Shown: one piece after another, positions 42,161 to 51,666 of the stretch
How positions within the stretch are numbered: position 1 is the first letter of the stretch
Layout: each line of letters opens with the position of its first letter
Source: Myxococcota bacterium
GTDB taxonomy: Bacteria > Myxococcota_A > Polyangia > Nannocystales > Nannocystaceae
Direction: 5' to 3'
NCBI GenBank assembly: GCA_039028615.1
Contig: JBCCHT010000001.1
Location: 448,001-512,000, forward strand
DNA: 64,000 nucleotides
Position numbers and translations under genes: made by a program
Notes under the pieces: model-generated
Told to the model about the DNA's origin: nothing
What the model saw: the letters and a program-made list of their open reading frames with translations, nothing else
Database searches by the model: none

Positions 42161-43258
42161 CTACTCGCCGTACACGGCGTGAATCGCCGAGGCGTAGTCC
42201 TCGAGCGGCGCCGCGGGATCGCACGCGAGCATGTCGTCGAGCAGCCACATCCAGCCGCCGACGGTCGAGCCCGACCACCCCTCCAGCCGCGTCTGGACCT
42301 CGGCCGGCGTGTCGCCCTGACTACAGCCACCGCCGTGCAGGCTCCACAAGCCTGCCTCGACCTCGAGCCCGTCGAACGCCGCGCTCCAGTTGGCGGGGTT
42401 GTTGCCCGCCCCGCCCGCGTAGACCTGCAGGAGCACCCGATCGACCAGCCCCGGCTCGAGCACCTCGAGCTCGTCGTAGACCGCGGTCCAAAAGCCCATG
42501 TTGTTGTAGGGCGCAAAGGTGACCTTGTAGTCGAGCTCGGCCAACATCAGGCTGAACTCGATCGTCGGGTTGGCCTGGAAGTAGGTCTCGTCGTCGTAGT
42601 TGATGGCGTCAATGGTGGGGATCACCTGCTTCAGCGCCGCGAAGTTGCGATACAGGATGCTGTCCGGGCCCGTCCCCTCCGCCTCGATCAACATCGCGAT
42701 GTTGTCGAAGTCGGGTACGCCCCACGCCCCCACGGAAAACTCTGTGCGAGTCACCGTGGTCGGCTCCTCCTCGAGGCTCACCACCAGCTCGGGCCAGCCT
42801 TCGACCCCGACATACTCACCGTCTTCGATGATCAGCTGATCGTTGAGCACGAGATCGCCGTCGTCGTGCACGTGCACGCTCCACAGGATCATCGTGTCGA
42901 AGCCCGAGTCCCGCATGCGCGGCATGACGGTGGCCGCATCGTGATAAAAAGGCCCGCCGCCGAAGACCCCGGCCGGTCGACCGAGGGGCACGACCCCGGG
43001 CCCTCCGTCGCTGGACCCGGTCTCCATGCCCGTACTGGTCCCGTCCTCGGCGATGCCGCTGTCGCCCGCGGTCGTGTCGGCCACGCTGGTCTCCCCGCCC
43101 CCGCTGCTGCTGGACGGACCGTTGGACGTGCCGACGCTGCTGCCTCCGGTCGACTCGCTCCCCGCTCCGCCGCCACCGCCACCGTCGTCTCCGCAAGCTC
43201 CCACGAGCGCGAGCGAGCAGAGCAGCGGGGCAAGGCAACGACGACCGGGGGCAATCAT
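42161..43258 (-). CDS. GH18-like glycoside hydrolase lipoprotein
   Basis: 'FSVGAWG' and 'IDAINYDDE' resemble the GH18 DxxDxDxE motif; lipobox 'GACGDD'. Confidence 0.62.
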   Translation of the reverse strand: MIAPGRRCLAPLLCSLALVGACGDDGGGGGGAGSESTGGSSVGTSNGPSSSSGGGETSVADTTAGDSGIAEDGTSTGMETGSSDGGPGVVPLGRPAGVFGGGPFYHDAATVMPRMRDSGFDTMILWSVHVHDDGDLVLNDQLIIEDGEYVGVEGWPELVVSLEEEPTTVTRTEFSVGAWGVPDFDNIAMLIEAEGTGPDSILYRNFAALKQVIPTIDAINYDDETYFQANPTIEFSLMLAELDYKVTFAPYNNMGFWTAVYDELEVLEPGLVDRVLLQVYAGGAGNNPANWSAAFDGLEVEAGLWSLHGGGCSQGDTPAEVQTRLEGWSGSTVGGWMWLLDDMLACDPAAPLEDYASAIHAVYGE

Positions 43259-43375
43259 GGCGACGACGTTCGCTCATCCCCGGGCCGCGAACAAGCGCGG
43301 CGACGCGAGTTCGCGCCCGGCGACGGCAGCGCGACCGCTCGCCCCCAGACGAGGTACGGTGGGGTGGGGATTTTC

Positions 43376-43810
43376 ATGGCACACGACATTCACGAGCTTC
43401 AGCGCGAGCTCGAGCGCACGCAGCTCGAGCTCGAACAGACCAAGGCCATGCTCGACCAGCTTCGGCGTCGACGGACGCCGCGGGCGAGCGAGCCAGACCG
43501 ATCCCCGCCGCCGCCGGCCGAAGGCCGCGCCTCCGCCACCTACCGGGTCGAGGGCAGCGCCGAACAACTCGCGACCTTCGACTTTCTCCTGCGCCACGTC
43601 AGCACCGCCTGCGAGGCGGGCTCGACTGCCTTCTACCAGCTCATGGTCGATGGCGACGGCGCGGCCTCGCTCACCATCGAAAAACACGGCCGCCGCATCG
43701 CCGTCACCGAGGCCGAGGAGCGCTGGCTCTTCGGCGAAGGCGAGCGCCCCCCGAACATGCCCGACGTGAACCTGCGCAGCGAGGAAGTGCTGGAGCTCGA
43801 AATCGTGTAG
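43376..43810 (+). CDS. Hypothetical protein (N-terminal coiled coil)
   Basis: ATG 43376 after G-rich RBS; GC3-rich codons. Confidence 0.6.
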   Translation: MAHDIHELQRELERTQLELEQTKAMLDQLRRRRTPRASEPDRSPPPPAEGRASATYRVEGSAEQLATFDFLLRHVSTACEAGSTAFYQLMVDGDGAASLTIEKHGRRIAVTEAEERWLFGEGERPPNMPDVNLRSEEVLELEIV

Positions 43811-43813
43811 CCG

Positions 43814-44209
43814 CTAGCCCGCCAGCAACGCGCGCCGCGCTTCGTCGCGCTCGAGAAAGACCAGCACGGGAAGGCCGTCTTCTCGCATGTGTCGCTCGAC
43901 CTGGAGCTTGCCGATGACGGTGCCCACGAGCAGCGCGCAGTTCTTGAAGCTCTGCAGCAGGCTGCGGCGAAGCGGCGTCACCGTGGCCTCGAACTCCTTG
44001 TCGTTGCGGCCCGTGGCCGCCCGCAGGTCGACGAGCAACGCCGCCTTCGAACGGTCGATGCCGCGCAGCGCATCGTCGACGTTGGCGAACGCCCGCTGAC
44101 AGTCCTCCATGGTCCCGAAGGGCTTGGTATTGCGGACCACGATGGCGAGCTTGCCTTCGTCCTGGAGCTCGACGTCGAAGAACGAACCCGGCTTGATTCC
44201 ACCTGACAC
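43814..44209 (-). CDS. Small STAS/SpoIIAA-like hypothetical protein
   Basis: 'LLVDLRAATGRNDKEFE...ALLV...VFLERDEARRAL'; start uncertain. Confidence 0.55.
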   Translation of the reverse strand: MSGGIKPGSFFDVELQDEGKLAIVVRNTKPFGTMEDCQRAFANVDDALRGIDRSKAALLVDLRAATGRNDKEFEATVTPLRRSLLQSFKNCALLVGTVIGKLQVERHMREDGLPVLVFLERDEARRALLAG

Positions 44210-44282
44210 TACCCAACCATCATAGCACCCGGCCCGTGGTCCGCGAACCAACCGCTCGACCGAGTGATACGCTGCACTCGCA

Positions 44283-44678
44283 ATGCGACGGAAGGGAAGC
44301 TGTCTCTGTGGTGCGCTCACCTACGAGATCGAGGGTGAGATCGATGGAGTTTGGATCTGCCACTGTTCCAACTGCCGCAAAGCGAGCGGGAGCTCCGGCA
44401 ACGCGATCATCGTGGTGAAGCAAGAGCACTTTCACTGGATCACGGGCAAGGACCACCGCGTCACCTACTGCGTTCGCCCCACCTACTGCATCACCCGCTG
44501 CAAGACTTGTGGAACTCCGTTACCGGCGGAAGAAGACGAGAACAACGTCTACCTGACCGCGGGGACCCTCGACGAGCCGCTGGACGCGAAGATCAAAAAT
44601 CGCATCTTCTGCGCCTCACGAGCCGACTGGGACCACGATGCGGACGACGTTCGTTACCACGACGAACGCTCGACCTAG
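44283..44678 (+). CDS. GFA (CENP-V) family Zn-binding protein
   Basis: 'GSCLCGALTY', 'CHCSNCRKASG', 'CKTCGTPL'. Confidence 0.9.
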   Translation: MRRKGSCLCGALTYEIEGEIDGVWICHCSNCRKASGSSGNAIIVVKQEHFHWITGKDHRVTYCVRPTYCITRCKTCGTPLPAEEDENNVYLTAGTLDEPLDAKIKNRIFCASRADWDHDADDVRYHDERST

Positions 44679-44697
44679 CAACGCCCCGCCGTTGGGC

Positions 44698-46062
44698 TCA
44701 GTCGCCCTGGAAGTACCAGAGTTCGCCCTGGTCGATGACGCTCGCCATGATGTCGAGGCGACCGTCGAGGTTGAAATCGACCACCTCGAGATCGCTGACG
44801 AGGCCGTCGACCTCGAACGCGACCGAGTCGTCCATGCTGAAGGTCCCGGTATCGTCGCCGGAGAGGATGATGATCTGCCCGAGGCCCGCGCTGGGCACCA
44901 CGATGTCGAGCGTTCCGTTGCAGTCCATGTCCTCCACCGCGACCTGCCCCAGGGTGTCGCCGACCACCAGGGTCTGCACGCTGCCGAAGCTCCCCGTGCC
45001 GTCACCCAGCAGGATCCACAGCTCGTCGTCCATCCCATCGACAGGGCCTCCGAGGTGAGACACGACCAGGTCCATGTGTCCGTCCAGATCCACGTCGTCC
45101 GCTTCGATGCCAAAGGGCGCCTCGTTGGTCGGGACCTGTGACGACTCGAAGGAGGCCTCCTGCCCGTCGCTGCGGTTGAGCAGCACCGTGAGGTAGTCCC
45201 CCGGCAAGTCGCCATCCGAGTCCGTGCGCGGCACCACCAGATCGAGCCGACCGTCCTCGTCGAAATCGGCGACCGCGATGCGGGGCGTGTTCTCGCCCGC
45301 GGGCACCGAGCTCTGCGAGACATCCATGCCGCCTTCGCGACCGGTCAAGAACTCGACCACCCCCGAGTCCATGGGGTGCGTGTTGATGGCGATGTCCGGC
45401 CACTCGTCGCCCCACATGTCCGCCACCGCCATGGTCCAGGCGCGGTCCAGCAGATCGATGCCCACCCGCTCCTCCAGGTGGTTTTGATCGCCGGGCACCG
45501 TGCCGTACAGCAGCAAGCGATCGCGGTCGGTGACGAGCAGCTCGAGCGGCGGCTCCCCGTCGAATTCACCCAGCGCGACCCCGCTCGCCTCGACCGTCAG
45601 CGGGATGGCATCCGCCATGTCGAACGCGCCCAGCAGCCCCTGACCCTCGAGGATCTGGACCTGGAGCAGGTCGTCGTTGGCCACCGCCACATCGGGCCCG
45701 TCCTGTCCGATGAAGTCCCCCACCGCCATCAGAAACGGCGTGCCCCCGACGTCGATGATCTCGGGCTCGTTGAACGCGAATACCGGCTGGGGATGACCGC
45801 AAAAGTCCCCCGTCTCGGTGTCGGCCGTGTCTGCAGACTCGGTGTCGTCGGCCCCGGTGTCGGCCGGGGTCGTGTTGCCGGTCGCACTCCCGGTGGCACC
45901 CACCGTTTCGTCGTCGCTCGGGACTCCGTCCGACGCCGTATCGCTCGGGCCGGAGGTCGGCGTTTGTCCCGTGTCGGTCGGCCCCACCGAGTCGGTGAAG
46001 CAACCGCCGAGAACGAACAGAGTGAGACAGGCGAAACTGGACCAAGCGTAGTGAGACATCAT
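44698..46062 (-). CDS. FG-GAP/VCBS repeat beta-propeller lipoprotein
   Basis: Repeated 'ADFDEDGRLDLVV', 'DVDLDGHMDLVV', 'DFNLDGRLDI'; lipobox 'LGGC'. Confidence 0.85.
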   Translation of the reverse strand: MMSHYAWSSFACLTLFVLGGCFTDSVGPTDTGQTPTSGPSDTASDGVPSDDETVGATGSATGNTTPADTGADDTESADTADTETGDFCGHPQPVFAFNEPEIIDVGGTPFLMAVGDFIGQDGPDVAVANDDLLQVQILEGQGLLGAFDMADAIPLTVEASGVALGEFDGEPPLELLVTDRDRLLLYGTVPGDQNHLEERVGIDLLDRAWTMAVADMWGDEWPDIAINTHPMDSGVVEFLTGREGGMDVSQSSVPAGENTPRIAVADFDEDGRLDLVVPRTDSDGDLPGDYLTVLLNRSDGQEASFESSQVPTNEAPFGIEADDVDLDGHMDLVVSHLGGPVDGMDDELWILLGDGTGSFGSVQTLVVGDTLGQVAVEDMDCNGTLDIVVPSAGLGQIIILSGDDTGTFSMDDSVAFEVDGLVSDLEVVDFNLDGRLDIMASVIDQGELWYFQGD

Positions 46063-46351
46063 CGAGACACCGGGCGGGCGAATCGATCAAGGGTGGCATT
46101 GCGGCCGCGCTGCGAGCAACGATCGGTGCGACCGATGACGCTGCCGTCGACGGCCCACGGTACGCACGACGGCGGGCCCACCAGCCAACCCGCCGTCGAC
46201 CCGCGAGAACATCGATACTCGTCCACGCCGAGTCCTGCGCCCTTTACGCGAGTTCGCACGCCATCAGTGAAGGCTCGACAAAGGGCAGACTGGCCGGGTC
46301 CTCTGCCCCTTTGTCGGTGCACGTGGGTCACTCTGCCCGCATGGCAGGGGG

Positions 46352-47176
46352 ATGTGGGAGCATCCGCTGCGGATGCGGGAGCTGAAGATCGTACTCGACG
46401 TCGCCCGCTACCGGCTCGCGCGACTCGAGATGGCGAACCTGGTGGCCGCCATCGCCATCATGATCGCGCTGCGGATGTCCTTCGCCGAGATCATGGTGCG
46501 AGGGATCTTCGGGCTGCTGCTCAACCTGCTGGTCTACCTCAACAACGACTGGTTCGACCTCGACGACGACCTCGCCACCTCGACTCGCGACCGCGCCAAG
46601 ACCCAGTATCTGGCCCAAAACCGCGACGCCGCGGTGCGAGCTCAGCTGGGCCTGCTGGCGTTGCTGGGCGGCTTCGCCTTCACCTGGGGCGACGGGCTGC
46701 CCTGGGTCCTGGTCACGGGCGCGGGCATCTGTGCCGTCTACTCCGCCTACCTCAAGCACCGTCCCTTCACCGACATCGCGGCCATGATGATCTGGGGCGT
46801 GGCCATGCCCGCCGTGGCCGTGCCTCCGGGCTCGGCGGAGGGCTGGTCGTTGCTGTGGCAGCTGGCGCTTTTTTCCGGGGTCTTCGAGACGATCCAAGTG
46901 CTGCGTGATCTCGACATCGACCGCCACCGTGGCATCCCCACCACCGCCGTCGTCCTCGGTCGCGTAAAGACCCAGTGGCTCGCCCGCGGCATGATGCTGG
47001 CGGCCGGGGCCTATGCCGCGTGGTGCTTCCACCCCGCGCTCATGCTGCCGCCGCTCGTGGCGGCGGTGCTGCCGATTCCCGCCGTGGGGCTGACCAACTA
47101 CTGGCACCGCATTCGATTGCTGCTCGGGCCCACGTTGCTCATCGAGTGCGTGATGATCTGGCTGCACACGGGTTGA
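46352..47176 (+). CDS. UbiA family prenyltransferase
   Basis: 'YLNNDWFDLDDD', 'YSAYLKH', 'RDLDIDRHRGIPTTAVVLG'; multiple TMs. Confidence 0.85.
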   Translation: MWEHPLRMRELKIVLDVARYRLARLEMANLVAAIAIMIALRMSFAEIMVRGIFGLLLNLLVYLNNDWFDLDDDLATSTRDRAKTQYLAQNRDAAVRAQLGLLALLGGFAFTWGDGLPWVLVTGAGICAVYSAYLKHRPFTDIAAMMIWGVAMPAVAVPPGSAEGWSLLWQLALFSGVFETIQVLRDLDIDRHRGIPTTAVVLGRVKTQWLARGMMLAAGAYAAWCFHPALMLPPLVAAVLPIPAVGLTNYWHRIRLLLGPTLLIECVMIWLHTG

Positions 47177-47178
47177 CC

Positions 47179-49065
47179 ATGGCGTGGCTCGACCGACTCT
47201 CGGGCGCTCGAAAGGTCGCGCTGGCGTGGACGCTGCTCGTGGTCGCGGTGGCGACCGTCGTGTACTGGCCCGCCCTGCAGGTGGGGTATCTGGCCGACGA
47301 CCTCTATCAAATCGCCCTGCACGACGGCGTCGCGGGCACGCGCCCCCCGTGGGCGTTGTACTCGCTGTTCGAGCTCGATCCGGCCGCGACCTCCGCTCAC
47401 ATGGCCGGGGGCTCGTTGCCCTGGTGGACGGTGCCGGAGTTCAAGTTCGTGCAGCTGAGGCCGCTGTCGAGCCTGCTGCTGGCGTTGGATCACACGATCC
47501 GCCCGCATGACGCCGTCGCGCATCACCTGCACTCCATGCTGTGGATGGCTTCCACGGTGGTGGCCGCTCACTATGCGCTGCGCCGCGCGACCACGCCGGT
47601 CATCGCCGGCCTCGCCCTCGGCCTGTTCGCGATCGACGAGACGCTGGGCTGGACGATCGCGTGGGTCGCCAACCGCTGCTCGCTCGTCGCCGCGACCTTT
47701 GCCTTCCTCGCGCTCGCGCTGCACCTACGCCGCACGCAGACCCCCTCCAGGCGCCTCGCCTTCGCCGAGCTGGGCGCATGGTCGCTGGCCTTCGCCGCGG
47801 GCGAGTACGCCCTGTGTGGCCTGGCCTACCTCATCGCGTACGCCATGGTCGGGCGCACCGATGGTTGGCGCGTCCGCCTTCGTGCCCTCGCCCCCGCCGC
47901 CCTCGCCCTCGCCCTGTTCTCCGTCGTCTACGTGATGGTCCGAGCCGGGGTCCTGGGCGCGACCAGCTATATCGATCCGCTCAGTCATCCGGGGGAGCTG
48001 CTCATCGCCGCCGCCGACCGCATCCCGCGAATGCTCGGCGAGACCTGGCTGACCTTCCCCTCCGAGAGCGAACGCCTGCTGTCTCGTTTTCAGGGCTCCG
48101 TGTCCATGGCGTGGCTGATGGTGGCCGCGGGCATCGACAGCCTCGAGCAGCTCGTCCCCGGCCACGGTCGCATGGTCCTGATGACCTTGCCGCCGCTGGT
48201 CTTGGTCAGCGGGTGGCTCGCCCGGCCCTACCTGGAGCCGAACGAGCGACGTGCCGTCGCCTGGCTCGCGCTCGGCTCGGTCGGCGCTGTGGTGCCCCTG
48301 ACCGCCATCATGCCCACCACCCGCGCCTTGGCGCTCGCCGGCCTCGGTCCCGCGGTGTTCATCGCCAGCCTGGCCGTGGCCGCCACGCGGGCCGTGCTCG
48401 CCCGCCCCGTCGGTGTGGGCCCGCGGCTACGCGCCGTGGTGCTGGCGGTCATCGCCGTGCCGTGGGTCGGAGCGCACACCGTCAACGACGCCAAGTGGGC
48501 CCGCAAGGAGATCGAGGGCCTCAGCGGCGTCGAAGGTGCCTATCGCCGCTTCCACTTCAACCAGCACACCGAGGGCGTCACCCTCGAGGGCAAGCACGTG
48601 GTGGTCATCTCCACCCCCGGGCTCGTCACTGGGCTGCACGCGCGCTGGATGATGCACCTGTGGGGCGAGCCCATGCCCGCCACCTGGCACGTGCTCACCA
48701 TGGGCGGACGACGGCTCTTCCTGCGCCGCTTCGACCGCTCCACCCTCGAGCTGTCGACGATTGCGGGCCGCCTGCTCGACCAACCGCAAGAGAGCCTCTT
48801 CCGCCCGCCCAGCGCCGACATGAGGCTGCACGATGTCGCGTCGGCCGGCCTGTTCGACGCCACCGTGGTTCGCGAGGCCCCCACCGGAGGCCCCAGCGCG
48901 GTCCAGTTCCGATTCCGCTGGCCGCTCGACGATCCGCGCCTGGTGTTCCTGGTGGCGGGCTCCGAGGGCCTGCGTCCGCTGGCGCTGCCGCCCGTGGGCG
49001 GGGCCAAGGCCATCGCGCCACCGCTGCTGCCCGGGCTCGACCCCAACACCCCGAGCCCTCGCTGA
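47179..49065 (+). CDS. Polytopic membrane protein, GT-C/TMTC-like glycosyltransferase fold
   Basis: 'YLADD' first loop, 'RPLSSL', 'H' and 'W..NR' motifs, 'GEYA'; many TMs. Confidence 0.55.
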   Translation: MAWLDRLSGARKVALAWTLLVVAVATVVYWPALQVGYLADDLYQIALHDGVAGTRPPWALYSLFELDPAATSAHMAGGSLPWWTVPEFKFVQLRPLSSLLLALDHTIRPHDAVAHHLHSMLWMASTVVAAHYALRRATTPVIAGLALGLFAIDETLGWTIAWVANRCSLVAATFAFLALALHLRRTQTPSRRLAFAELGAWSLAFAAGEYALCGLAYLIAYAMVGRTDGWRVRLRALAPAALALALFSVVYVMVRAGVLGATSYIDPLSHPGELLIAAADRIPRMLGETWLTFPSESERLLSRFQGSVSMAWLMVAAGIDSLEQLVPGHGRMVLMTLPPLVLVSGWLARPYLEPNERRAVAWLALGSVGAVVPLTAIMPTTRALALAGLGPAVFIASLAVAATRAVLARPVGVGPRLRAVVLAVIAVPWVGAHTVNDAKWARKEIEGLSGVEGAYRRFHFNQHTEGVTLEGKHVVVISTPGLVTGLHARWMMHLWGEPMPATWHVLTMGGRRLFLRRFDRSTLELSTIAGRLLDQPQESLFRPPSADMRLHDVASAGLFDATVVREAPTGGPSAVQFRFRWPLDDPRLVFLVAGSEGLRPLALPPVGGAKAIAPPLLPGLDPNTPSPR

Positions 49066-49084
49066 GACGGTTCGTGCTACCACC

Positions 49085-50263
49085 ATGGGCATGGCTGCCG
49101 GCCATCGCCTGCTCGCTGCTGCCGTGGCCGTGGCCATGAGCGCGGGCTGTGGGGTCACGCCCAACCAGCAGATCGCCGACGAATTTCACGAGCGCCTGCA
49201 GCCGCCATCACGGGGCTGGAGGTCGATCCCCTGCCCAGACCGTGCCGCCAAGCTCGAGGCCTTGCACGACCTGTACGCGCTGGCCATCGATGTTCGCTCG
49301 CACGCCCGCGACTTCGACACGCCCCTGCCCCCGCAACTACACGCCGACCTGCTGAACACCCCGCTGCTCGGGCTCGGTTCGACCTTTCGCTGCGTCGTGC
49401 AGGATCTGCACGGTACCGACCTTTCCACCGAGCCCAACCTCGCCGAGCTGACGATCTACGTCGCCAACCTGCTCATGCTCAAGGCACGCGCCCGGCTCGA
49501 GCAGGGAGACCGCGACGACGGATGGGCGCACGTGCTCGAGACCCTGGCCTTGTACGCGGCCCCGCTCGGCGCCGACGTGCCGCATCACTTCGGTGTGCCG
49601 CTCGTGCTCGGGGACATCGAGGCCCTCGCGCTGGAGCATCCGCCCCCGCCGTCCCTCCGCGCCGCGCTGGTCGACGCCACCCAAGCCACCGTCGTGCCGA
49701 CCCACGTTCGATGCGCCGCCCTCCGGCACGAGCTGCTCGAGACCGGCGTCGCCTCGTTCCGCGGGCACTTCGACCGACGCGAAAAGACGGCCGTGGCCCA
49801 GCGCTTCGGCCTCGACCGCGCCATGCGAGACTGGCGGCAGCACGCGGCGGGACAGCAGGGCTGGGGGGTCTGGGAGGCCTTTCGGGAGACCTACGACGCC
49901 GTCGTCACCGCCTGCACCACGGTGCCCCTGGGCACCACGATGATCGCGGGCGCCCCCCCGTCCAAGCGCCTCGACCTGCTGCACCCCGAGACGGGCATGC
50001 GGGTTCGCATGGTCACCCAGCGGCTCAACACCGCGGGGGAGATCATCGACGCTCGCATCTCCCTGCTCGCCCTGCTGCGCGCGATGGCGCTCCGCGAGTC
50101 CCTGGGCCGAGAGCCGACCACGGCCGAGCTGGCGCTGAGCTTTGGTCGAAGACCCCGCAGCGCCTGGGACGGCCGCCCCTACACCTTTGCGCTCGATCAA
50201 CGCGTACTGACGGTGACGCGCGGTTCGTATTCACATGAGATTCGACTTCCGCCGCCCGGCTGA
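49085..50263 (+). CDS. Hypothetical helical lipoprotein
   Basis: Lipobox 'SAGC'; C-terminal 'WDGRPYTF'. Confidence 0.6.
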   Translation: MGMAAGHRLLAAAVAVAMSAGCGVTPNQQIADEFHERLQPPSRGWRSIPCPDRAAKLEALHDLYALAIDVRSHARDFDTPLPPQLHADLLNTPLLGLGSTFRCVVQDLHGTDLSTEPNLAELTIYVANLLMLKARARLEQGDRDDGWAHVLETLALYAAPLGADVPHHFGVPLVLGDIEALALEHPPPPSLRAALVDATQATVVPTHVRCAALRHELLETGVASFRGHFDRREKTAVAQRFGLDRAMRDWRQHAAGQQGWGVWEAFRETYDAVVTACTTVPLGTTMIAGAPPSKRLDLLHPETGMRVRMVTQRLNTAGEIIDARISLLALLRAMALRESLGREPTTAELALSFGRRPRSAWDGRPYTFALDQRVLTVTRGSYSHEIRLPPPG

Positions 50264-50419
50264 GCACCGGGTGGCCGGACTCGCCGCCGACCGCCACATC
50301 CCCACGGTTTTCACGAGCAAAAGGCCGAGGCATCCCATCGGCGTCATCAATCGCGGGCCGCTCCCTCCCCACCCTGGCGCCACGCATGTACCATTGGGGT
50401 CGAAACTGCGACGCGGCTC

Positions 50420-51217
50420 ATGAACGACACGCTCAAGATGTTCCTCATCGCTCTGGTGACGGCCTTGGCCTCTCAGTTGCTCGTGGGGCCCTACATCCTG
50501 AAGCTCCAGGGCTACGTGCCCGCCAACGAGATGGCGCAGAGTCGCGTGCCCAAGCTCGAGCAGGGCACGCCTCGCCCGGCCACGCCTGCGCCCGTCGCCC
50601 CGACTCCCGCCGAGAAGCTCAACGCGCCCAACCTCGAGGGCATGAGCGTCGAGGCGGCGCGCGAGCGCTGGCGCGACAAGGGCCTGGTCGTCATCGAAGA
50701 TGGCGAGCGCGTCGACAGTGGGGCCAAGCCCGGCTCCATCATCGAGCAGCGCCCCGCCCCCGGCTCACCCCTCGCCTCCAAAGAGGTGCGGGTCACCGTG
50801 GCCAAGGCGGCCACCGAGAAAAAAGTTCCCGACGTCATGGGCAAGCCTCTCGAAGAGGCTCGCCAGGCGCTCATCGACGCCGGCTTCGAGGTCCCCGATC
50901 CCGATGCCGAGGCCTCGCGCGAGCCGGTCGGCACCGTCATCAAGCAGGTGCCCGCCGCGGGTGAAGCCGCCAAGAAGGAATCGATCGTCCGTCTCGTCAT
51001 CGCCGAGCCGGCCTCGATCGAGGTCCCCAAGGTCACGGGTAGCTTCCTGGCCAAGGCCCGCAAGACCCTCGAAGAGGCCGGGCTCGAAGTCGGCTCCATC
51101 CGTCGCGTCGAGCACGAGGAGCGCGGCGAGGACTACGTACTCCGGCAGAATCCCGAGCCCGGGGCCGAGGTGCCACCAGGCACCGAGATCGAGCTGGTCG
51201 CCGTCGCGCCGAACTGA
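50420..51217 (+). CDS. Membrane-anchored PASTA domain protein (3 PASTA repeats)
   Basis: 'PNLEGMSVEAA...GSIIEQRP', 'VPDVMGKPLEEA...GTVIKQVP', 'VPKVTG...VLRQNP'. Confidence 0.88.
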   Translation: MNDTLKMFLIALVTALASQLLVGPYILKLQGYVPANEMAQSRVPKLEQGTPRPATPAPVAPTPAEKLNAPNLEGMSVEAARERWRDKGLVVIEDGERVDSGAKPGSIIEQRPAPGSPLASKEVRVTVAKAATEKKVPDVMGKPLEEARQALIDAGFEVPDPDAEASREPVGTVIKQVPAAGEAAKKESIVRLVIAEPASIEVPKVTGSFLAKARKTLEEAGLEVGSIRRVEHEERGEDYVLRQNPEPGAEVPPGTEIELVAVAPN

Positions 51218-51276
51218 TTGAGCCCCGCGGTCTGCACCGCGTCAGATCCAGCGGTCGCTCGCCCTACCCTGAGGTC

Positions 51277-51666
51277 ATGTTCGGCCTCGGGAAACGCTGG
51301 CGAGAGTGGCTCGACGAAGTACGAAGCGACTACGGCCGCCAGTACGGCTGGTTCGTCGAACGCAACGGCACTCCCATCGCCATTCTTCTCGATCCGCAGT
51401 GGGTGGACATGTTCTGGGACAGCTATCGCGTCCATCCCGTCCCGGGCAGCAACCTCCCCGACATGATCTACACCGCCGAGCTATGGCACGCCGGCGACCT
51501 GGTCTACCGCAACCGGGCCACCGGCGAGGTCGTCGGTGCATGGGCAGGAGGAGCACTGCCGACCCGCGATGATCCACGGGTCGTCATGCGCGGCCTCTAC
51601 CTGCACCGACGATTCACGCTATTGGATGGGCTCGTGCGCTGGTGGCAGACTAGCCGGCCGACATGA
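51277..51666 (+). CDS. Hypothetical protein
   Basis: GAGG RBS, ATG; Trp-rich plausible protein; 3' end overlaps the convergent lectin gene. Confidence 0.55.
   Translation: MFGLGKRWREWLDEVRSDYGRQYGWFVERNGTPIAILLDPQWVDMFWDSYRVHPVPGSNLPDMIYTAELWHAGDLVYRNRATGEVVGAWAGGALPTRDDPRVVMRGLYLHRRFTLLDGLVRWWQTSRPT

Noticed and set aside
42179..43375. N-terminal part of 543-aa ORF 42179-43810
   Set aside because: Antisense to the GH18-like gene; only 43376-43810 looks coding
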